A stretch of 64,000 bases of DNA, from the NCBI GenBank assembly GCA_964035545.1, contig OZ037767.1, positions 26,552,628 through 26,616,627 on the forward strand. Reading direction: 5' to 3'. This DNA comes from Bugula neritina. Its lineage: Eukaryota > Animalia > Bryozoa. The position numbers and the translations under genes are program-made. Below, piece after piece: positions 1-14,241 of the stretch. The notes beneath the pieces are model-generated. The model did no database searches. It saw nothing but the letters and a program-made list of their open reading frames with translations, and had not been told where the DNA came from. Each line of letters opens with the position of its first letter. Within the stretch, counting starts at the first letter, position 1.

Positions 1-2275
1 TAATGCTCTACATTAATAATATTGGCAGTATATTGCATCTATATGATGTCTTTTTAGTAAAAAGCACTGTTACCTAAAAATTGATTGTAAACATGTGAAA
101 GCAATTGAACATCATTGTAATGATTGGTACTATTATCAGTACTGAGTCCCAATAGAGGCTGGCTGCATCATCATAATTATTTACATGCTATAATTAGGAA
201 ATAATTGCATTAATTCCAAATCTTCAAGGCAAATTATATACAGCTTACTTTGTTTCTTTTGTTGGGAGGCAAGAAAATTCTTCTTAGTCATCTCACTTGT
301 CTGTTGCTCCCGATAAGCTTGCCTGTCCAATAAATGACTCAGTGTCTGGAATTGTCTCATCTGACCGAAATTCTCCCTTAGTATAGTATGAGTCATCTGT
401 AACATATGAGTCACCAGCATAGTGTGAGTCATCCGTATATAAGTATTAGTCATCTGTAAAGTGGACTAAATAATGACCTAGAAACTAACTTGTTGGAATT
501 GGTCATTTTTTCTAACGTGCAGTTTCTCCAATGAAATCCTTATAATATAAATTTGTGTAAGTGCCGTAGCAGAATATTTATAGAAACTAAGAACTAGAGC
601 ATTAAAAAGTTTGTAACAATTTAAAAAAAAAGTTAAAACTAATCTCACCTATATAGGCTACAGATATACAGTTTATTAATAGTTTGAGATTGCAGTAGGA
701 CACATAGATCACTTACCATATTGGTGAGTGCAAAATAATAGTGTCGATTATAATTATGTAATAAGTTATCGTGATAAAAAAACATGTATGATGACTTCAA
801 TGATGCTAATGTTTATAGAAATATTTTCCGTGGCTTTAAATATGAAGAATTGTCAACAGTTATTGAAAGGTGCAACTTCCATCATAATTTTAGATTACCA
901 ACTTGGTAAAATTTGAATCAAGGACAACTAACCTTATGCGAAGGTAGCAAGTATTTCTGTTTCAAAATAGGCTTACTTCCCTTTTTGTCAACGCTAGGTG
1001 GTAGAGGGTGAGTGCCACCCGTAATTTTGGCTTTTGCAACATTAGGTCTATTGGGTATTTTCTGAGTGGCAATCTATAAAAAAAAACATATAATGAAAAG
1101 CCAAAGATATAATATGTCACGTGATATAATGCAAAAAAGCATTGGCATATCTCATGACATGCTAGCCAGCTTGCTTCCCAATATACCATAGATTTTCTTT
1201 CAAAACACTCAATGCTAATTCTAGGCATTCAGCTATCTTACTTAAAATGCATTGGTTATATTTTTCTAACAAAACCTTTTACTTTGCACCATTCCATATT
1301 TAATTCTAGTCATTAAGCTACAGTAAAGCATACTATACAGTCTTTTGCTCAACACTCACCTTTGAATGGTGACCCATCTTGGTAAGCAAAACTTTCTCCA
1401 AGTGTCAAAAAGCTTTTAGTGTGTAAAAGACAATCTCTTATGCTTCTGTAATGTTGTAGACTACAGCCATAGAGTTTAACCTATGCTGTGGGTTGAATAA
1501 TCTATCAAGCTGCCGGTAATGAACCACTTATATTTTGTGAAAGTCTCAGGTTTTGACCTAATTATAAGTAAAAACAATGATAGGTACTTTAATTAGCTTC
1601 TGTGCCATTGGTCAATTCAGTTGCATAGATGTAATATACTAAAGATCGTTAAACTTTAATATTGCAATAGAGATCTAATCAAGTATACAAATGCTTGTTA
1701 ATAACCAGTGTTCAATCTAATTAGCAAAGAAAGTTTGAAGTAATGCTTCAAAAACAAATGAAAAGATTAAAATATTACGAGTTAAGCAGTATATAATATT
1801 ATTGGTTTAAAACTTCCTACCCACACAAACTGTCTACTTATACAATTTATAAACTGAAAGTTTATCACAAATTGTTTGCAGCAAATTAGAATTTTGAGTT
1901 ACATCTATATAAGTTTTGAATAAAAAGCAAGACGGAGCCAATCTTATATATGCACCTATTTCAATGCCATAGCTTTCATTTCTCTTTCTGGTTACACATG
2001 AAACTAATAATTAAGAGTGGAACGAGTTTGTATTTTTAGCTGTAAGGTCTATTTTTTAAAGAACAGTACAGAGCGTAAAATAAAGTACGGTATGAAATTA
2101 ACTGGTGACCTGGAAAAAAATAGAAAAGGCGAAGCCTAACAGCAAAACCACATACAAGCATATGTCGTGTAACAACTGCATGTAAGTACAAAAATACAAA
2201 ATTAGCTTAAGACAATTAACCTCTAGTTAACTTGAGCATATAATAAAATGGCTGAATGTAAATATAAATTGTCAC

Positions 2276-5200
2276 TTAGGTAGATGGATATTCCACTTGA
2301 GCATCTTTACTAGCAATACTAGGATCTTCTTCAAAGTAGTTGTATGGAATCAGATAGAAGGACATACTCTTTCCAGCTACAGATAATTGAAAGGAAAATT
2401 GATAGAAAGTCATCATGGCAAAGTGAAGAGTTGCTTGCATGTATTGATCATTTACCAAAATAAAATCTAGACAATTTGTTGCACAAATAGATGTTGGTAT
2501 AGGACATTGGTAATTAGCTTACTGAGAAAAAAAATACAAGTTTTATTTATTATCTGGGTTAGAACTTATGCTGCGGCAATGTGTATTGGGAGTTTATTTC
2601 TTGGTCAATTTGTTCAATTTCCAATACCTGTTGTAGTAAATAAAACCCTCACACCTGCGTGAGACAGGAAACTAACCTGTAGTAGTGACTGGAACATCTT
2701 CGCTTGTGGGAACGTGGTTCACACCCAGCGTTATCCAGCACACAAGATCTTGGTCTACGATAGACTCATTGTCTTCTTGAAAGTGTGACAAGGAAACGGG
2801 CGGATTAAAGGGGTCTCCTAAAAACACACTCAGTTAAATTAAGATAAGAATTTTATTAAAACACTCTCTTACATCAAACAGAGACTGGGAGGGGTTAACA
2901 GCGCTGGGTTTCATTGGTGGTAATCAGAGTTCACCACAAGGTCATGGCGTTAGAGAATATGCAAGCAAGCAAAGACATGCTCTCGGGGAAAGCTAGCTCT
3001 AGGATAAAGACATCACACATTGAGCATGATGCAGCGTCACCACTTCTGCATGTTTTTCATCCACGTAACAACTATTGACTATATGCATGATTTTCAGTGG
3101 CAACACGGTGTTGAAGAGCAACAATTGTATGCATTTTTTTCTCCTTTTCCCACAAGTGACAATTAAATACCTTGTGAGAAAAATGAGAGTGTAGATCTTT
3201 CGGAGTCTTTGTATTTAGTGACAGCAACTTGATGCCTCACCCAGCTGGCAGCATTGAACACAGGGTCATCAGGGATTACCACATTCACAAAGTTCCCTGA
3301 ATGAATTCTGTAACCTGTAAGCAGCATAGTCAGCCTACTATAGTCAGCATTTTATACAAAATGTATGGAGATGCAATGCTTATCAAATATCACAACATAT
3401 AATTTACTTAGGGATCCAAAACTATCATGGTTAGCTAAAATTGACAGAAAAATAGCTTATCAACACTTTTGGCAAATTACAGTCTTTACTTTCAGGTATT
3501 TGAATAAAACTGAATTATTTCGAAGCAATAAATAATTGTCTATTCTATTTTTTCTATTTTATTTCTATTGTTTTTATCCTATTTCTATTCTTGCCTCGAG
3601 GTTGATAGTTTCGCAGATTGGTTTCATCTTTATTAAAAATAACGTATTGCTTTGGCTGAGAGAAATCAAAGTTTATGATGGCTTCTTGCTCTGTAGCCTT
3701 AGTATTCTCTGTCATTACCATGTAGGACATGTTTACAGCATCGTTGTAGGGGTGTGGCTTCTGCTTTGCCTCTATGTCTAAGGTCTAAATCCAATAATAA
3801 AATATGAGGCAATACAGAAAACATGGAGCAAAATATATTGAATATATTTTTCTGATCTGTTTGTGAATATAAAACTTTGATTACATCACCTAAAATAATC
3901 TTGAGGAAGTGTTTTATTTCACCATTTAAACCTGCTTATAAGTTTATTGAACTTGATAAAATAAATTACCAACTATTTAATAATACTGTAGTTCTTCTAT
4001 AATCATAAACAAGTAATTTTTAGACTTTTTACAGTAAAAACTAGCCTCAAGGTATTATTTTAAGCTTTTATTTTATTGTGTATATGTTTGTTTTATTAGT
4101 TTCAAAAAGATTTTGATATATAAACTATTTTTAGTTGGCCATGACACATTGTGTGTCTGTTTCAGTTCAGACGACTCAAAATAAATTCCATATACTAGAT
4201 ATTAGATATTATTACATTAGATATTCAAGTGATGGCAATTAAACTTTAAAATAAATGAGCAAAATGCTTGAATGGCATCTGCAGAAGATTGTATTACACT
4301 ACCATGTGCTGCTTTACCAACAAATTTAGAATATGTGTAAACTATATTTATTGTTTTATATCTAGTTATGTTCTTAAATGTAGAGAATAGATAACTTCAA
4401 ATACAAAGCAATAATATTTTACTTACAGTTTAATAATAAGTAGAATAATCACCCAAACATCTCCTTATTTACAGAATGGCTATAAACTTTATACAGTAAA
4501 CTTTAGCCAAGCAAGGAGTCTAGAAACTTTGAGCCAATACTTTTAGATGAAGTAGCCGATGAATAGTCCTACCATAAATCGGTTAGAGCTGGACTCTCCT
4601 ATGTCAAGGTCAGCCACGAAATCAAAGGCGTGATTGTGGAGCAGAGCTGTGACACTGGCATTTGGTAGAATGCTGTATCCGTATCTTATATCTGTAGAGC
4701 TGGATGATATAACTTGGACGTAACCAGTGGGATTCACCTAAAGTAAGGTGAAGAGTGGTTAGCATTTGTGTACGGACAATAATTAAAAACTAACCGTTGC
4801 AGCCTGGGACCATAACACTGGCAGATTATAGGTCCTTAGTCTACGTACAGTGGGCTACACCTTCATGCAATTATACTAAATAAATGAATTCAAAATGCTT
4901 GTTTTTACTATAAATATTATCTATACATAAAAAACCATACACATAGTTTACTGTAATAGAATTGGATGTTATTTTATTAACAATTGTATTCAACTTTATT
5001 TCTTTTCATTTTCATTTATGTTTTTTGCTTTAGTTTATGAAAAACATGTCATATAACATTATGATCTAAATGATCCCAGCCAATATTGTTTGTAATAGCG
5101 ATTAAATGTACACCAATTTATGAGTTAAACTTGCACTCTTTCATATATTGTATTCACGCGCGTCTAAGTAATACACTTAGACCAATACATGCAATGCACT

Positions 5201-8200
5201 TTCAGAAATTTGCATACGACACCAGTATTAGTCCATGCAATACACTGGTGTATTATACTTACACAAATGTATGTATCATAGTTACACTGGTGTATGTATT
5301 ATACTTACGCTAATGTGGGTATTATACTTGCGCTAGTGTATATACCATACTTACATTGATGTATGTAATATACTTATACTGGTGTATGTAACACACACTT
5401 ACACTGGTGTATGTACGATACTTACATTAGTGTATATACCATACTTATACTGGTGTACGTAACACACACTTACACTGGTTTTAATAACCCCGCTCTGGTG
5501 AAACTCTATATCCATTATGTAGTCATAGTTCCACACGGTTAGGATTTGCCGGAAGACCAGAACTACATCCTGCATACTCATAGTAAACTGGAAATTCTCA
5601 TAGTCAAAGAAGTCAACGGAGTAATGTCGCCTCAGAGGAACATGGTTTCTACAACAACAAATTTTTTATCAAAATATTATGCAAAATACTCAAGCAATAG
5701 TAAGTTTAAGTTAATCTTTTCAATCATTATGAAGTACATTATTAATATAGAAACAAACCTGTATTCAAACACGCATGCTGCATCTCTTATGTTTATTGAA
5801 CGATCGAATCCAACGTCGTAGACTGAGCTATCAACATACTCAGCAGATTCGGGGCAATCATACCCCCTCCGCAAAGTTGATGTTCTGGCACCTACAGGAG
5901 CACTATCTTGATGAGATACACAGTTTATATTTGTAAGCCTAGAAGGTATATTATGTAACATCTCTGAGAATAAAGAGATCAAGACTGGGACTCAGATATT
6001 ATGCATCAGTGAGATAGGTAGGGAAGACACAGACCAATTGTTGTTAGTAATGATACTGCATGACTCGGCGTGTATAAAGGATAGGGAAAACAACTTATAT
6101 AATACCAAACATGACTGAGAAGACAACTTGTAACACCAAACTTGACTGAGAAGACAACTTGTAAAAGCAACTTGTATAATAGACAAAGCAGAGAAAAAAA
6201 TTCAATAAGAATAGACATGTACATCTAATGGACATGAGTTTAGTTGAGTTTAATAGTAGATATGAGCAAGTTTATAGATTGCATATCTTTCACTTACCAA
6301 TGGCCCAACCAACATCCATGTACATTCTAAAGGCTTGGTCCATATCACCTCCAGTGTAAAGTACTAAGATATCTTGCAATCCCAGCTGGTAGGCAATTCT
6401 AGTAAAATCAAACAGCAAAAACTTTCATGCAACTATCAATAGCCTATAAAAATATATTCTTAGTAATTGAATTTTAAATAATTTGGAACTAAAAAAGCAA
6501 TATAATGTTATTTCAAACAAGTACCTTTCGCTTTTGTATTTAATATTAAATAGTTGAACGGCTGAAATTGTTGCAAAAGAAAAGTCAAACTCCCAGCCAA
6601 GCCAACTCGCATGTCGCTCTTGCACAGTGAAGCGTTTAGCAGACGTTACAGATGGTGGAGGTAAGTCATCAGGATTCAGGTCATCACCTCTCCTATCTGG
6701 ACTACCATATCTGCAACATGAACAAATTCTCCTACTTCCATTTCTGTGTAATTTAGGTCAACCGGATTTTAAAATCGATTTAGCTTATAAATTCAAATAC
6801 TATTTAAAATTTGAAGTATTAGTTCACAAAGTGAGGCTACACATATAATTCATCCAGAGAATATCGGACCACCAGTTGCTACACTAGTAACAGCTAAATA
6901 AATATCTACATTTGACTAACCTTTTAGCAGACTATGATTTATCTTCCTAACTCTTACTAAACCATATGACTTATATTTAACACTGTGTGTTGCACCAATG
7001 TAGTGACTTATTACCGCGGAGTGCTAAGATTAATGCCAACATGAATTTGTAGAATTACTGAAAGTACACCATATTGGAATTTACCTTCCAGCATATTCCT
7101 GTTCAACACCTGGGGATGAGGTACTAATATTCCCAGCATTATAAGCATCTACAAGAGCTTGTATGGTATCATAGTCCACATCATCATATGTGACTGATTT
7201 CACTGTATATACCTCTCCATTTCCAGGGGTGGTGAGAAGCATCTTTAAAGGCACCGGCCACAGGTAGTAATCTTCTTGATCTACAAGCAAATTTGCAAGA
7301 TGCAAGATATAGCCAAAAAATGTAATACAGGTCAACTTCATCAAAGCAAGGGGAAAAGGCAAGTGGCAAGTAAACTTTGTTCATTGGCATGTAGTAGAAC
7401 CTCATAACAAATAAACATTTCTTTTGCCTTTATGGTGAGATCATGTCAAAATGAGGAACATAATTAAAGTAAAAAATTATTATTTATTAGAGTTATTATT
7501 TTGCTGTTGACAAGTTTTATAGTCAACCATCATAGTTCAAACAAAAGTAAAGAAAAATAGCTATAATATAACTTTAAATTAAAATGTGTACCTTGGTATA
7601 GCCAGGTAGAATTTATTTTATAAAAATCATGCCAGCTTTTTAGTGTTCTATGTTTTGCAACTTACTGTCAGTAAAGTGAAAGAACACAAAGATCATCCTA
7701 TCACTGACACCAGGAATGACTCTAGCTACTGGCGCATAGAACAAACACCTGTCAGTACATGTCTCATCATACCACATGTTGAACTGGGCTTTCAACATAG
7801 GAGTAAGGGGCTTCACTACAAAAACAATACAATTGTAGAACATCGGTTTGCACAACAAAAAAATTTGGTTAAGAAAATTAAATGACTAGCAGCATGATGT
7901 ATTTAGTAATTTAATTTTCTTAAAAGTTGTAATTATCCACTCTTGCAGTGGAATGATGAATTGAACTGATGGGTTAAATTGTTTGCTTTGTAGTTTCTGA
8001 TTAAACTTTTAAAAGATAGTTGGGCAATTTTGAACCACCATAATCTGTGTTTTGTACCATCTCAACATTTTTCTAAGTATGAAACTAGCTAGCTTGGGAA
8101 TATCAGGAAAGAAATGAATTCACAATATACCTTGAATCTTTTGATCAATTGAAAAAGGTACTAATCTTCAATTTTTTTACAATCTTAAAGCTGATTGCTG

Positions 8201-11200
8201 CTTAAAAAGAGAATCACTGCTTAAAACTACATTTCTAAGCCTAGCTTCATCTCACTATTAGATAGAATTAGCAAAACACTCACTTATCTGTAATAAAAAC
8301 TCATCTACAACTTTAGCTTCAACCAGGTTACAAAATGGTCTGCTCTGCCATGAGGGAGCTCTGCCTACAGCATAACTGAGCTCTGTCCAATTGGTTGGGG
8401 CGTCTACAGGGGAGACTATCAACTCTTTTATAGCCTTAGGATTACTGGCACCCATAAAGAGTATAACCTACAAATATACTATTCAGTATTTTCAAATTCA
8501 CACGATTCCCAGCTTCTTGCAGCAGATGCAAGTATTTGAAAAATAAAACGGCATCAGCAAACGCAATATTGACCTACTTTAGCTTTAGCTACAGGCATTG
8601 CTGCGTTCTCATTGTCCAGGTAAGTTAGCACATCCTCTTTATTTGGAAGAACCAAGTCTATTGAGAAGATGTAATTAGAAGTTAAGTTAGCTTCCACCGA
8701 TGGAACAACTCCCAATTCTGGTATGTTTAATACATACTGTATAATAGCTTCATATTGTTCGGCTGTCAAGTCTGAGAATATCTACAAATATACCAGCAGT
8801 AAAAACAGTTAAATCCTGGAACAAATAATAATGGGAGAACATTCTACACAACTTTTTGTATTTTTATTTTTCCAGCGCAAACAAGATAACAAAGAGTTGG
8901 CAATATGCATCTATCAACATTCGACCCACAACATATTCAATTGTGCTTTGAGGAATATAAACTATGTTGAGAATAATACAGATTGACAGTGCAGTTCAGA
9001 CTATAAGAAAATTTTACAGTAGTGATTTAATGTAAATCTTTGAACAAGTATGAAATCATATTAAAAAAAACAACAGTTTTAGAACAAAAATAATCAGCTC
9101 AAATTTGAACTTTTGGTATTGCTCTCTATTTATAAACCATTATCTTTCAAGCAGTTGTCACTTATACATCAGAAACTAGTATTTATTAAGAGATGTGCAG
9201 TTTTAGCTAATATCAGAGGTGGCTGATAGTCAACACTCAAATTTCTAATTTTCTAAACTGTATGGGATGTTGGAGCACTTCAAGCAAACAGGCCTAAACC
9301 CAGTACATGAATTAAAGCAAAGCCATAACTGAGGAGTGATCAAAGAGGGACATATTTTTTGCAAACTTGTCAAATCTAATAAGCTTCCCCTGTTTCTAAT
9401 TTTATGCTTCTAAATTAATAGGTTTAAGTAAACTTCTGGCATTCCTATCATTTATACAGCAGCATTAATGCAGAGCTGGTATCATGAATATAGTGAAGAT
9501 ACCGAGATTAAGTGGTAGTGAACCATTGAGCCTTTTCACCCTTCTGGTACTTTTTTGGCACTGTGCTGTTTATATCGTTAGTATGCTGTGTATTTTCAGC
9601 ATTATTTTCGACCTACTAAATGTGTTTACTCAACACCAGGAGAGGCATTGTATGGCCTAATATTAAAAAGACTATCAAGCCAAAACTTTTAAGCATTAAC
9701 GTAAGAGTAAACAGAGCAAGGTCACAGTAATACTGAAGTCTGCAGATTTGACAGTGGCCAAAAGAATGCCGACTGGTTTCTGGAAAGTTTAAGTTCGATG
9801 AATAGAAATTTTTGATAGGACAAATGTTTACACAAAGGTTGGCAATGGGCAGCATAAATATAACAATTGTTATCAAACTCTGAGCATCTGGTACATATAG
9901 AGGTTAGAGGTCAAATTACTGCCACAGCATTATAATCGTGTGCAGTCAGTCGTGGCTGTACAGCTGCTATGGCTATGCAGCGAGTTAGTACAATCCATAC
10001 AGTTCCTCATTCTGTAGTTTGCAACCAAACCCATATATCATAATTAGTTTACCCTGCTAAACCAAAATCCTTAAACCAGCACAAAATCTAAAGTCACCAT
10101 AAATCATTCAGGCAAATTTATAGAAGAGTCTAAAGCAGTGGTTTCCCACCATCATTTTAGTAATGATTTAAATCCCTTTTGAAAAGTGCAACAATTTATT
10201 ATCACTTAGAAAAGCTGTCATAACACATGATGCAAGCCTACATTTATACCATAAGATTTATGTAGTAAAATTATTATATGTGCATATCAATTATCATTAT
10301 CAGTTCAATTAGTTTCAATATGATGACTGCAATTTTGTTCCAGTTTTTTGAGACTAGCTCTGCTTTTGACATCTTCAGTTACTTTGCAGGTTAAAATGAA
10401 TCTCTCTTCCCATTTTTAATGCTCAATGTTGATAAAAATCAGGTATGTAGGTGGTGCTGAATGGTACAGGATTTCTATACATCTCACCATATATAAGTGA
10501 GATGAGATGCATTAGCTATCGACTGGGATTACAGCTACTCTTACGTTATGCTCTATACTTATATAACCGCTTATTATTATACACTTTTTACGCTACTTGT
10601 AAAGAGCGAGGCTTGAGCTCTAATAATTAGCAAGCCTTGAATACAGATTTCTGATGGGTACATGTTTCCCTCTTTTCTCTCATAACACCGCAAAGAGTCC
10701 ACATGTTCTGAGCATTACGAATCCAACGGCAGTAATTTTATACAAGCTGTATGCATCATAAAATTACAACAATACATCCAACAGAGTGCAGAATGAGTTA
10801 TGTATCAGGTTAAGAATCAGCTTGTTTTCTGACTACTGCTTAGAAAATTTGTTCGCACTCTGCTGAGAGGTGAGAGAGATGCTTGGAAATGCTTATAGAA
10901 AGAAGGTCTGAAACATCTAGTCATCCATAATCGTGAGGAAAGACACCATGATAGTTTTTATACCTACTCAGTCTGTAATAGACATCTTCAGTTCAGATTC
11001 ATATAAATATGAATTAAGGAATGGATTAGGTTCCTGTGGGTAAACTGAGTTTGTCAAAAAGTCGGCCATGTTTCAGATAACAGTAAGTTAAAACCAATCG
11101 TATTATGTACCTTGCTGGATTTGACTACCGCCTGAGAAGGTACAGTCGTAGTGGGAGTAGGCAGAGAAGTACTTGCTTTATCTTCTGACGCTTTCGAGTC

Positions 11201-11807
11201 TTTCCAAGTCTCAGAAACTACTTGTTGTTTGAGTAACTTGTGGTACTTGGAGATATAGACCAACATGACGATGAAGAAAATAACAGCCAGAACAGCCAAC
11301 AGGAGGGCAACAATCGGCCATTTGCTTTTAACCTGCAACATAAATAGTACTCTAAGTAATAGTAACACATATTGAGAAAAGCCTGTGTTCTAGATCTTGC
11401 AAGAACAGTCAAGTTCTTGCAAGTGAAGGAAGAGATGAGATTACTAAATAACATAGATTGTACTTGGGGGGGGGGGGGGGGGAGTACTTTTGTTGAAAGT
11501 TTTCATAAAAAGCAAAAGCTGCTATTAGTGAAAGTTAAATATTGTAGATGTTCACAATGCTCTAGTATATAATTACCAGAAAAAGCTAATGCACGACACA
11601 TCTTCATCTTGTGACAGTGAGGTGCAGAAATGTAAATTCTCACAGATTTCCCTGCTTTTCTCACACTTAGGATAATGATTTAGACAGAAATTTGATTTTA
11701 CAGCTCATTCATTGCTAATAATAGATATCTATTATACGTGTTATTTTGTTATAACTAGTAAATATAGTGCATACCCTCCTTTTGGCTCCATCTTGAACCT
11801 CAGCCAT
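2276..11807 (-). CDS. Copper-containing amine oxidase (AOC1/AOC3-like), type II membrane-anchored, ~774 aa, 15 exons
   Basis: Phase-consistent exons: 11807-11775, 11332-11111, 8781-8578, 8467-8284, 7815-7666, 7280-7085, 6710-6525, 6398-6298, 5891-5759, 5648-5474, 4737-4573, 3784-3595, 3314-3171, 2817-2677, 2376-2276. N-terminal TM segment WPIVALLLAVLAVIFFIVMLVYI. Catalytic base YMDVGW; TPQ consensus TVWNYDY (5519-5530); Cu ligands LHNH and NHVPTSEDVP; family motifs RGYDCP, PLRRH, PRGYRI, PYNYFEEDPS. Confidence 0.95.
5220..5480. repeat. Degenerate ~23-24 bp minisatellite abutting and duplicating an amine oxidase 5' splice site
   Basis: Repeated atacttacactggtgtatgt-like units; the donor context taacacacacttacactgg occurs at ~5460-5478 and again at ~5389-5407. 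Confidence 0.8.
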
Positions 11808-12731
11808 TGCTTTCGTGAGCAGTAGAGAAAATGAATAAAGTAAGTTATCTACATTGGATTCGATTGGTTAGTGGTTTTGAGTGAGTGCCCAGTCAATTTG
11901 ATACTAAGTTTTACCCAATGGCAAGAGACTGAATTGCAGACCGCAAAGTTTTAAGGTCATGAACTTCGTATGCCAAGAAGTTGATTGGACAATAGGGCCC
12001 AAACATAGTAGAGCATACACGCACAAATTAGATAAACAAGTTGTAATGTGGTGGTGATATGGCATTAACTTCATGCAGTTAAAACACGGCACTGAGAGAT
12101 TAATTTTGATCTGAGTTTTTGAATAAATTGAACATCACTTTAAGGGTTACATTGATTGCTACACAAGAGCAGCTCATGTAGGGAGGGACCTGGAGAATAT
12201 CTATATTTTATATCAGTTCAAACAGCTAGTTAAGTAAGAATATCATTAGAGGAAACTCAATGCTGCAGTGACATATTACGAATTTTATAAAGTACTTGAA
12301 ATATTATTCATCAACAGCACAGGAAGATAGAACTTAGTAGCTTACTGGGTATCTGATTCTGGCCACATCAGATTAGGAATTGTGTCAATTGTAATTTTAG
12401 CTAAAATTACATTACATTCAAGCAGTATTAATGCTTTGTAATTGAATGCAAGAATTTGTTACAAAACAATAGTGAATTCGATTCAATTTCATAAAGCAGT
12501 AACCTGAGGCAGACAACTCCAAGCATTCATTGTGATTATTAATAATAAAATAATTTACATAAGAAATAAGTGAAAGATTTATTTACATAAGATGAAAATC
12601 CTGTACAATAGTGACAAGTACCACAACTTGAATCAAAAAGCCTTCTTTCCTAATTTTACTAAAAGTATGTAAATATGTGAACAATTATTTGAATTACATG
12701 TAGCTATGAATAAAGCAGAAAAAATACACAG

Positions 12732-14149
12732 CTATGTTGAAATTCCACCATCAATAGCTTGCAAGACTGTTATGTTATCTCCTTTCAACATAATTCGACC
12801 TGTGAAAGTTAAAAGTACAAATTATATTGTTGCACAAATCTGACAGAGCAAGTATGACTGAGTAGCTAGAACACACATGTCAGCTCTATGCACACACATT
12901 ACTTCCAATTTCTAAATGACACTAAAAGTTTGCATTGCAGCTGACGCATATTTCATAATAAAAAGTGTGCCGGTGAGTATTGTGTTAATTTATATAGTAC
13001 AATTTGCTTCAATATAATAAAACCAATTAGAATATGTTGAAGAAACTGGCATGGCAAAGTGGGCATCAATTAACAAAATTATGGTAGTGTTTAAGCATAC
13101 CAATTATTACAAATGAAGCATTAAATAATATATATACCTATCTATTTGGCATATTATTTAATAAGATACAATAAAAATATATATTTTCTGAGATAGAGAC
13201 TGAAAAAGAAAAAAAACAGCTGCACCTGATGACTGTGCTTTTATTTTATCAACAGATAAAGAGAGCCCATCATAAAACACAACTATTCACCAATGGTAAA
13301 GCACATCAAGCAATGAAAATTCAGAGTATTTTTAAATCCTTCAAAGAAGTTAAACTAAGGGCCTGGCCTCAGCTCGTGAGAATAACACCAAATCTTCTAT
13401 TTGACACGAAAACGCAAGACGTACAATCAAATTTGAGGGAATTCAAACGAAATCGTTTTCGTTGGGTGCACCCAACGAAGACGATGGACGAAAAATCGCG
13501 ATCAACGATAAGCACCATTTGATTAGTCAATAGAATTTTAGCAACAGTAATTATTTCATTTCTACCATGTTTCCGTTTGACAATTTTCTGCTGTTTGTAT
13601 CTCGTGCAAGACTCATTCACAGACTATTTATGTGTTTCGTCCGACGAGTGCGTGGCTGGTCATAACGAGAGGATAAAGCCCTGGCCACACGATCGTGAGA
13701 ATGACACGAAACTCGGGTGACGATTTTCGTGAGTTATCTTTTCGTATTGACCAGCCACATGGTCGTTTAAACGAAAAGTCATTATGCCGAGATTTATATA
13801 AGTTATAAAGGAAAAATTTTGCCATTTTTGTTATTTTTTTTGGTATTTTATGTGTACATTTTTTTAGTTCTGTTTATTGGTAAAGTTTTCAAAAACATTT
13901 TTTATGCATATAAAATTAAAAAAAAAGATTTAAAACTCACTCATGCACGTAATTACAAAGCTATAAAGTCTAAGCTTCGCTGTGATTACAATGTGAATAT
14001 GAATTGAATAATGCTTGCAATAGCTATTTTACGCAAAATACTTTACAGTTGCTATAAATGTAAGACTGGTAAATTGGAAGCAAATAGGCATAGTAATACT
14101 ACTTAATTTATGCTATTTTTGAAATTTGTAGTAATTATTTGGCGTGCAT

Positions 14150-14187
<38 letters not shown>

Positions 14188-14203
14188 AGAAGTATATACT
14201 ATA

Positions 14204-14241
<38 letters not shown>

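Noticed and set aside
181-1380. Possible minus-strand exons at the window start (90-aa ORF 181-453; ATGGGTCACCATTCAAAG|GTGAGT near 1360-1377)
   Set aside because: Splice-like signals exist, but I could not build a consistent frame or recognise a product.
11466-11482. Poly-G run in amine oxidase intron 1 (G-quadruplex candidate)
   Set aside because: Isolated homopolymer of uncertain length; nothing supports a function.
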